Source of the DNA: Octopus vulgaris
Lineage: Eukaryota
Length of the DNA: 64,000 nucleotides
Assembly: GCA_951406725.2 (NCBI GenBank)
Contig: OX597817.1
Location: 160,332,001-160,396,000 of the forward strand
Direction of reading: 5' to 3'
Position numbers and translations under genes: made by a program
The notes under the pieces: model-generated
The model's input: the letters and a program-made list of their open reading frames with translations, nothing else
The model's database searches: none
What the model was told of the DNA's origin: nothing
Shown: positions 54,675 through 64,000 of the stretch, in pieces
Position numbering within the stretch: the first letter of the stretch is position 1
Layout: every line of letters starts with the position of its first letter

Positions 54675-55098
54675 ACACACACACACACACACACAGACAC
54701 ACACACATACACACACACACACACACGCACATAAATGAATCTCTATCGGTTACTCTCTCTTTTACCCTTTTACCTGTTTCAGTCATTTGACTGCGGCCAT
54801 GCTGGAGCACCGCCTTTAGTCGAGCAAATCGACCCCAGGACGTATTCTGTTGTAAGCCTAGTACAGACAAAGGGATTAAGTCGATTACATCGACCCCAGC
54901 GTGCGTAACTGGTACTTAATTTATCGACCCCGAAAGGATGAAAGGCAAAGTCGACCTCGGTGGAATTTGAACTCAAACGTAACGGCAGACGAAATACCGC
55001 AAAGCATTTCGCCCGGCGTGCTAACGGTTCTGCCAGCTCCGCGCCTTGGGGAGCAAGCTTCTTACCACACAACCACGTTTATACCTATCAAATGTTTT

Positions 55099-55189
55099 AC
55101 TTACAGCAACTCGGTTTCCCCAGCGTTCAGTAATCTACGTACTAACAAGGCTCGGCGTGACTTAACTTCGGTGACCGGACGAGAACCGG
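55099..55189 (-). pseudogene. 5S rRNA pseudogene (5'-truncated, diverged)
   Basis: The minus strand reads ccggttctcgtccggtcaccgaagttaag..cg.cgagcc..gttagtac.tagat...gctggggaaaccgagttgctgtaagt. This follows invertebrate 5S rRNA from about position 28 to the 3' end; box C is mutated. Confidence 0.85.
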
Positions 55190-55321
55190 GCCGTTGAATT
55201 ATATGAAGAATGAACAAGTCTGTGGATTATTCAGCCGCTTATTTGCTAATTCAAAGTCTAAGCCATTCTGTTCTGTTCATCGGAAAACCTGTACCATTCT
55301 TTGGATGTCGGACAGCCTGTG

Positions 55322-55708
55322 GGAAGCACTCCGTCGGTTACGACGATGAGGGTTCCGGTTGATCCGAATCAACGGAACAGCCTGCTCGTGAAATTAACGT
55401 GTAAGTGGCTGAGCACTCCACAGACACGTGTACCCTTAACGTAGTTCTCGGGGATATTCAGCGTGACACAGAGAGTGACAAGGCCGGCCCTTTGAAATAC
55501 AGGTACAACAGAAACAGGAAGTAAGAGTGAGAAAAAGTTGTGGTGAAAGAGTACAGCAGGGTTCACCACCACCCCCTGCCGGAGCCTCGTGGAGCTTTTT
55601 TAGGTGTTTTCGCTCAATAAACACACACAACGCCCGGTCTGGGAATCGAAACCGCGATCCTATGACCGCGAGTCCGCTGCCCTAACCACTGGGCCATTGC
55701 GCCTCCAC
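55322..55708 (-). mobile_element. SINE family C, long form
   Basis: Near-identical to 32129-32512. Confidence 0.85.
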
Positions 55709-55907
55709 AGACAACCTTACCATCTTTGGATGTCGGACAGCCTGTACCCTTTCTTCCCCAAGGAATCAATGGCGACACGTTGCTTCGGCTTGGGACCTAA
55801 TATTTGTCTGCAATGATGGCTAACAGGAAGATGAATTGCAATAGAGGAAGGGTTGTTTTACTATCATGTACAATTTGAAAGACATCATCAGTTAAAAATA
55901 TTGGTTC

Positions 55908-56317
55908 GTTACTCTTTTACTCTTTTACTTGTTTCAGTCATTTGACTGCGGCCATGCTGGAGCACCGCCTTTAGTCGAGCAAATCGACCCCGGGACTTAT
56001 TCTTTGTAAGCCCAGTACTTATTCTATCGGTCTCTTTTGCCGAACCGCTAAGTGACGGGGACATAAACACACCAGCATCGGTTGTCAAGCAATGCTAGGG
56101 GACAAACACAGACACACAAACACACACACACATAAATATATATATATATACATATATACGACAGGCTTCTTTCAGTTTCCGTCTTCCAAATCCACTCACA
56201 AGGCATTGGTCGGCCCGGGGCTATAGCAGGAGACACTTGCCCAAGATGCCACGCAGTGGACTGAACCCGGAACCATGTGGTTGGTTAGCAAGCTACTTAC
56301 CACACAGCCACTCCTAC
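55908..56317 (-). mobile_element. SINE family A
   Basis: Full copy. Further copies at about 56921-57308, 58420-58800 and 60908-61330. Confidence 0.85.
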
Positions 56318-56537
56318 GCTCGATACAAGCATCGCATGTATGCATGTTAATATATGTGTGTGTACGCGCGCGCGTGCGCACACACACACGCATATACACA
56401 CACGACGGCCTTCGAACTGTCTATCAAACTGGACAGCGCAAGGCAATAGCAGGAGACACTTGTTTAAGGTGTCGAATTGTAGATCTAAACACGTAGTTGT
56501 GCGTCGAATTTCATAACAGCACAACCATGCTTGTGCC

Positions 56538-56576
<39 letters not shown>

Positions 56577-57082
56577 CGCTTATGACCATAATTAGTTTAT
56601 TCAGTTAGGCTTTTAATTTGGCGCCTATCATCTTTCTGATTACTTATGAATTTGTTTCTCAGGTGGAGTAGGTTGCTACGGTTTGTAATATATTTGTTTC
56701 TCTGCATGATTACGAATATATTATTATTGACACTGTTACAGAGTTTGGCGTTCTCTTTATCTTTCACATTATATAGAGCTTGTTTCAGCTTTGTCTGGAG
56801 GAGTCGTTTATTGTTGCGCGGATATGTATTTTTTGCTCCATTCATGTCGAAGTAAATCTTAAAGTTTATCTTTTATGTTTATGATGCTATTATCGACGAG
56901 AATTTCTAGAATTATATATAGGCGCAGGCATCGCTGAATGGTAAAAAGTTTGCTTTCCAACCGTGTGATTCTGGGTTCAGTCCCACTGCGTGACACCTTG
57001 GGCAAGTGTCTTCTACTACAGCTTTGGACCGACCAAAGCCTTGTGGGTGGATTTGGTAGACGGAAACTGAAAGAAGCTCGTC

Positions 57083-57126
<44 letters not shown>

Positions 57127-59976
57127 CTTCCACCACCACTTGACAATCGGTGTTGTGTATACGTCTTCGCAACGTAGCGGTTCGACAAAAGAAACTGATA
57201 CGAAACATACCAGGTTCAAGAAAAATAAGTAGCGGGGTAGATTCATTCAACTAAATTTCTCTAAGGTGATGCCCCAGCATGGTCGCAGTCTAGTGACTGA
57301 AACAAGTATCTACAGAGCCAGAAAATACTTCATTCCCCAACATTAGTGAATTTCAGTAAAGTTCCAGTGGGACCCCCATCGAAATAGTGTTCACCCATCT
57401 GTAACAGCACTACTGTTACACATACAGATATTTTATGCTACATGCAAAAGAAAGAACACTACCATTTTGCATGAAATCACTCATCAACATTCTCCTGTCT
57501 CTCATCCACAGTGTTAGAATTTCATTTTTCTTTTTTGCTCATGTTGTCTCATGTACGAAATGTTTTGCTCATGCCGTCTCATCAATGAAGTGGCTTCTCC
57601 TAAATAAAAGTGTTGTCTCATCTCTTTGCCTATTCTACTATTACTATAGTAGCTATGCTCTCCGGGGCTGGTTGGTCTCGTGTCACTAATTTTCATGCGA
57701 CCTTGAGTAACTAGTTTCATCCATACTCTGGTCCAACTTACGTTCCGTACTAGCCACCATTCCAATCTTCCTCCCTAAAGTGCTAGTCCTCTGGAATACC
57801 ATCCAAGCACATGTTTTCCATGCACCTGTCTACATGCATATGTTTATGTGGCACGTTAAACATCGATCTCTGAGAGCCTGCAGTGATTATTAGTACAACC
57901 CTTTCCTCTAGATCAAACCAATAAAAAACAAACAAAGCAAAATCTTCAGCCAGCACAGTCCAAAGTGCAACTTATTTACGACATTCTAATCAAGTGATGT
58001 GGAGGCACATGGCCTAGTAGTTAGAGCAGCGGACTCGCGGTCGAGGAATCGCGGGTGCGAATCTCAGACCGGGCGATTTGTGTGTTTATGAGCGAAACAC
58101 CTAAGTTCCACGCGGCTCCGGCAGAAGGTAATGGCGAACTACTGCTGACTCTTTCGCCACAACTTTCTCTCACTCTTTCCTCCAGCATCTTGCAGCTCAC
58201 CTGCGACGAACCGGCGTCCCGTCAAGCTGGGGAATCCTATACGCCAAGGAAACCGGGAAGCCGGCCCTTATGAGCCAGGCGTGGCTCGAGAAGGAACAAA
58301 CAACAACAACAATCAAGTGATGGAAAAAAATGCCAACGTTATCTTCCCCACTAAAACATTAACTTAATCTTTACTTCTCCGTCTGTTCTCTGTGGTTGGT
58401 TAAATGTCTAATCAAAAGCTCTCTTTTACTTGTCTCAGTCATTTGACTGCGGCCATGCTGGAGCACCGCCTTTAGTCGAGCAAATCGACCCCAGGACTTA
58501 TTCTTTGTAAGCCTACTACTTATTCTATCGCTCACTTTTGCCGAACTGCTAACTTACAGGGACGTAAACACACCAGCATCGGTTGTCAAGCGATGTTGGG
58601 GGAGGGACAAACACACATACACATATACATATATAAGACGGGCTTCTTTCAGTTTCCCTCTACCAAATCCACTCACAAGGCTTTGGTTGGCCCGAGGCTA
58701 TAGTAGAAGACACTTGCCCAAGGTTCCACGCAGTGGGATTGAACCCGGAACCATGTGGTTGGTAAACAAGCTACTTACCACACAGTTACACCTGTGCCTA
58801 TTACTCTTTCTACTTCCTTCGACATAGGAAATGTACTTCATCGCCTTTCTTAGTCTAACCATAAAGAGGCGTTAGAAAAAAATATATATATAAATCGTCA
58901 ACAAGACCGTTAATAAATTTTCCAGTTTTGGTCATTACGTTCGTTTTGACCACGAGCTTTTTCCGCATGCATATACGTAAATACACATTCAAATATGTCT
59001 AAAATGAGACAAAGTTGTCTTCGTTTTTATGTTAGTTTGCTTACCTGTCTGCCTGCGTATTCATTTTGTGTTCCTCTTTTTCACAGCTCACGTGTTGAAC
59101 ACCCAGGGCTAAGAATTTATTTCTAGAGTAACTTAGCAAATCAACTTATCTACCACAAGTATCTGCTGCAAAACTTTAAAATTCCGCATGTCATTAAAAT
59201 TTCAAAAGTTTCCAATACAAAAGACTGGCCTCCGAAGTCACACTGATTCTATACACAAAAACTAGTTTCAAACCAATACACAATAAAATATTTACACTTC
59301 GAAACTTATTTAATTACAACTTGAAACTATTTCTTCCTTTCTGTCTGAACACGTTGTTTTATTTATTTTCATTTTTGCATCGGCTGTGAGATTTCTTCTG
59401 AAAAATTTATTCGCTTTAGTATCTAACACACTATTTTTAAAACATACGTGTAAAGCTGTATGAAATTACCATCGGTTTATTGTTTTTAGGTGAAATATCG
59501 ATTCTCTTCTTCCCTGTTCCCTCCTCTTTACTTTTTCGCATTCTTTCCTGTAATTTAAACACAATGTTTATTACATGAATATTTGTTATTTTTGATTAAT
59601 ATTATTATTTTCAATCATTTTTTTCCCCCAGTTATTATTATTGCTGCTGATTTTAACATAGCGATGGAGTAGAACAAGCAGCTTATTATCAAACAAAATA
59701 GTTTCTGGCATTTAATCTTCGTCTCTTCTCAGTCAGTGTAAAACCCTTGACAGGATCGATTTTCACCTTTTCGGTATTAATAAAATAAATGCTAGTCAAG
59801 TTTTATGTTCCAGAGTTCGTCAAACTGACTGTTCTGTTTCCTGTGTCAATTTTTCTCAGAAATTTCTATTGACTGATTAGCATAATGGTTAGAGCACCGG
59901 ACACATTTGTTTGATTCTGGTTCTTTGCGTTATTTCAAACAGTTCAGGCCCTCTCCGAGATTAATAAAATAAGAGC

Positions 59977-60506
59977 TACCGTAAATCCTCGAGTATAATC
60001 CGCATTTTCCCCCAAAATTCATAGGTCAAAATCCCTAGTGCGTACTATATACGAGGTTAAAAAGGAAAAAAAAAAAAATTTCTAAGCAATGTCCGAGTCT
60101 CTATTTGCTGTCCGGCAATGTTTATTCAGATGCATTTTGTGATGTCGGGCGCGAAAATACCTTAAGTTAAGCCTGAAAGCAATGAAGTCATAAAAGAATC
60201 ATCCATAACTTGCAGTTAGCAACATTTATTAAAATAAAAGTATTCAGAACACAGAATAACATGTAACAAAAATAATTTGCAAGCATATTTACATTCCCAT
60301 ATAACAGTTAAGAACATCACCATTATTGTATTACGCATGCACGGAAGTGTTTGTTCGACTAGGTGCTGCTGGCTTAATTACGCTCGACTCAGGCTAGAGA
60401 AGGGGTGCGTATTATACACAAGGTTTAGGTTTTTCAGAAGTACAGCCCCCTAAAAATCCCCTGCGTATTATACTCAAGGGCGGACTATACTCGAGAAATT
60501 ACGGTA
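59977..60506. mobile_element. Tc1/mariner-superfamily (pogo/Tc2-like) MITE
   Basis: TA-flanked TIRs taccgtaaatcctcgagtataatccgc / gcggactatactcgagaaattacggta, with subterminal tgcgta.tata repeats. Confidence 0.8.
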
Positions 60507-61051
60507 ATCAAATAGTGAGGTCGGTTACAAATGGTGGATAGACAGAAGCATTAGCGTGTCGGAGTAAATATATAGTATCTATGTACGTCCAGTTCCATTC
60601 TCAGTTAAAATCCCACCGAGTTCAGCTTCGCCTCTCATCCTTGTGAATTTATAGTTTTATTCTTATGTTGATCGTGTCTAATTAAGTGCCACGTTTGAGA
60701 AGCATATCCATATTTTTCTCATAACTATTCTTTATGATGTCATGCGGTGACGTAGAAAGGCTTTTCTCAGTGTCCGGGAGACAAAGGCGTTTTTGGTGAA
60801 CCCCAGCTTAATTAACCGGTATAATAGGCCCATGGCATGGAAAGTTTGCGCTTAGTTATCCGTGCGCCGAGGGTGATTCCTCCACACACTTTGGCGGAAA
60901 CTTAACAGTAGCTTGCTTACCAACCACATGGTTCCGGGTTCAGTCACACTGCGTGGCACCTTGGGTAAGTGTCTTCTACTATAGTCTCGGGATGACCAAA
61001 ACCTTGTGAGTGGATTTGGTAGACGGAAACTGAAAGAAGCCCGTATATATG

Positions 61052-61104
<53 letters not shown>

Positions 61105-61942
61105 ATGTATGTGTGTGTGCGTGCATATGTTTGTGTGTCTGTTTTTGGTCCCCCACCAACATCGCTTGACAATCGATGCTGGTGTGTTTACGTCCCCGTA
61201 ACTTAGCGGTTCGGCAAAAGGGAACCGATAGAATAAGTACTAGGCTTACAAAGAATTGCTCGACTTAAGGCGGTGCTCCAGCATGGCTACAGTCAAATGA
61301 CTGAAACAAGTAAAAGAGTAAAGAGTAAAAGTGTATATGTATCTGTGCGCGCGCGCGCGTCTTCGTGTCTGTGTTTGTCCCCTTATCACCGCTTGACAAT
61401 CACTTTTGACGCGTTTACATCTCCGTAGCTTAGCGGTTCGGCAAAATAGATCGATGGAATAAGTCCCAGGCTTAAAAAAAAAAAGGAGAAAATGTACTGG
61501 GATTGATACATTCGATTAAAAAAAAAAAAAATTAAGACGGTTGGTCCAGCATGGCCGCAAGCTAATGACTTAAAACTAATAAAAGATACCGGAAGTTGCT
61601 ACAATAAATGCTGTGGATTAAATTAATGACATTCCGTGGAAGAGTTTCTTGTAACACCATCAATGCATTTCCTTCTCTCCTCGCTACTCCACGGCGCCAT
61701 CGGCCATCATAGGTGGTTAAAGGAGATTCAACTGATTACGGAGTGTTGCTATATTGGTGCTGATATTGATATGCTCGTGGGGGCGGTGGTGGTAGTGGAT
61801 GATGGTGGTAATGGTGGCGGTAGGCGTTGGCGAGGTGGTGTTTTGAGGTGATGGTGGATTTGGTGTCACGAAGGAGAACATATAGTGTCATGAACAATTT
61901 TTCCGATATATTTGGCACCTATCTTCCTCCTCTTTCTATCAA

Positions 61943-62088
61943 CCTTCTTCTTCTTCTTCTTCTTCTTCTTCTTCTTCTTCTTCTTCTTCTTCTTCTCCTC
62001 CTTCTTCTCTTCTCCTTCTTCTTCTTCTTCTTCTTCTTCTTCTTCTTCTTCTTCTTCTTCTTCTTCTTCTTCTTCTTCTTCTTCTTCT
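61943..62088. repeat. (CTT)n microsatellite
   Basis: Seen directly in the sequence. Confidence 0.95.
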
Positions 62089-62389
62089 CTCAAGTACGCG
62101 TGTGTATATATATACTTACACACATACACGAACTAAACAGCACACATTTATGTATGTGTGTTCGATTTCGTTTTATATATATATATATATATATATAGAT
62201 AGATATAGATATGTATACACACACACAGAAAGAGAGAGTGGGGGGCAAATCGAAAATTTAAAATTTAAAATCACAAATAACAAATCAACAAAAGTCAAAA
62301 AAAACGTACACATAGAATGTTTAAGCTCGACGATCATATATATATATATATATACACACATACATACACAAACAGAAAACAGATACATA

Positions 62390-62420
<31 letters not shown>

Positions 62421-62562
62421 ATGTATGTATGTATGTATGATGTATGTCTGTCTGTCTGTCTGTCTGTATGTATGTATGTATGTATGCATGTATGTATGTA
62501 TGTATGTATGTATGCATGTATGTATGTATGTATGTATGTATGTATGCATGTATGTATGTATG

Positions 62563-62818
62563 TAGGAGGGTTGTATCGAAAGTAATGGAGGCAACACTTT
62601 TGTATAAACTGATGAACATCGTTCAAATTGCAAATGTTGGTAAAAAGAACTTTTGCTGTTCTTCCTCATTGCAGGTAAATAACGGGTTCCAAGCAGAAGC
62701 AACGTGCCAACATTGAGTTCTTGACAAAGGAAGGATTGCAGGCTCTTCGACATCCACAAAAGGTAAACAGGTCGTTCACGGAGATGACACAATTCACAAG
62801 AGCAATTTGCACAGATGT
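62563..62818 (+). pseudogene. Mariner 5' end relic (TIR plus N-terminal HTH)
   Basis: Start ta.gagggttgtatcgaaagt is TIR-like. QRANIEFLTKEG...IHKR...VHGDDTIHKSNLHR resembles QRAVIEFL.KEG..IH.RL..VYG. Confidence 0.7.
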
Positions 62819-62957
62819 GGTAAGTAGCTTGATTACCAACCACATGATTTCTGGTTCAGTCCCACTGCGTGGCACCTTGGGCAAGTATCTTCTACTATAG
62901 CCTCGGATCGACCAAAGCCTTGTGAGTGGATTTGGTAGAAACTGAAAGAAACCCGTC

Positions 62958-63008
<51 letters not shown>

Positions 63009-63063
63009 TGTACTCGCATAGCAAGTGATTTGATCTGAGATCGTGTGCTGAAACGAAAACAAT

Positions 63064-63344
63064 TGCAGCGTGGAAGGTGTTTATAAGCCATTTAAGAAAC
63101 ACACAAAAGCCGTTCGATTCACTTCAACATTTAAGTTTAATTTGTCAAAATATTTTCGTCGCTAAAATCCGCGACCTGTTCACTGACAAAAATCCGTGCT
63201 GCATTTCAGCACGGATTTTTGTCAGTGAACAGGTCGCGGATTTTAGCGACGAAAATATTTTGACAAATTAAACTTAAATGTTGAAGTGAATCGAACGGCT
63301 TTTGTGTGTTTCTTAAATGGCTTATAAACACCTTCCACGCTGCA
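63064..63344. repeat. Perfect 138-bp-arm palindrome with a 5-nt loop
   Basis: 63064-63201 is the reverse complement of 63207-63344 as read by eye; the loop is cattt. Confidence 0.9.
63218..63267 (+). ncRNA. Hammerhead fold with a G3:C8-swapped core (mirrored on the minus strand at 63141-63190)
   Basis: uuuguca-GUGAACA-g-gucgc/ggauuuua/gcgac-GAAA-auau-UU/ugacaaa. Confidence 0.6.
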
Positions 63345-63384
63345 TTGTATATATATATATATATATATACATACATACATACAT

Positions 63385-63434
<50 letters not shown>

Positions 63435-63810
63435 GTGTATGTGTGTTTGTTCCACCACCATCACTTCACAACTAATGTTGGTGTGTTTACGTACCCGTAG
63501 CCTAGAGGTGCGGCAAAAGAAACCGATAGGATAAGTACCAAGCTTACAAAGAATAAGCCCTGGGGTCGATTTGTTCGACTAAAGGCGGTGCTCCAGCATG
63601 GCCGCAGTCAAATGACTGAAACAAATAAAAGAATAAAGTGGTTTTACTTCTATAATAAGCAAAATATTTCAACTTTTTGTAAATATTTAATTATAAAAAT
63701 ATAATTGGAGTTTTGTAAGCATCGAAGGGCTATGAGAATCCATCCGAGTAAAAGAGGAATCTAAGGGATCCATGGGTAAAAAAATGGTTCAGGAACACTG
63801 ACACAGAGCG

Positions 63811-63851
<41 letters not shown>

Positions 63852-64000
63852 AAAACTGAAGTAAGTAAAGTGAATTATGTATGGAATATGTTTAACTGTG
63901 TAGTTGAAGTGTAAGTGGTGTGAATATTTAATGGGACCTATTTATTTATTTATTTATTTACTTACCTTATCTTTAACACTGGAAACAACCATACAAACAA

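Noticed and set aside
56597-56845. 82-aa ORF with a faint resemblance to a PLE endonuclease C-terminus
   Set aside because: Similarity (NLLHLRNKFIS) is too weak to call by eye.

Overview
This is a repeat-saturated, AT-rich animal genomic window. The recurring tRNA-derived SINE families point to an octopus/cephalopod genome (inference). No host protein-coding gene can be supported with confidence, and nearly all ORFs in the track are translations of microsatellites or SINEs. Recognisable content: at least four tRNA-headed SINE families; a Penelope-like element (PLE) reverse transcriptase interrupted just before its YVDD motif by a 5'-truncated CR1-type LINE; GIY-YIG, Tc1 and mariner relics; several MITEs; two head-to-head non-autonomous Helitrons; and a 5S rRNA pseudogene. 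The PLE/CR1 unit appears twice because a ~5.8 kb block is repeated across a 100-N gap, probably an assembly overlap. The most interesting signal is a dense set of small non-coding elements, mostly embedded in (TA)n tracts, that carry type I hammerhead ribozyme (HHR) folds. They include a ~300-nt tandem retrozyme-like array with canonical cores and fold-back elements that place a hammerhead on both strands. Several families have non-canonical cores, including an apparent G3:C8-swapped core in a perfect 138-bp palindrome. All ribozyme calls are by-eye folds, and activity is untested.
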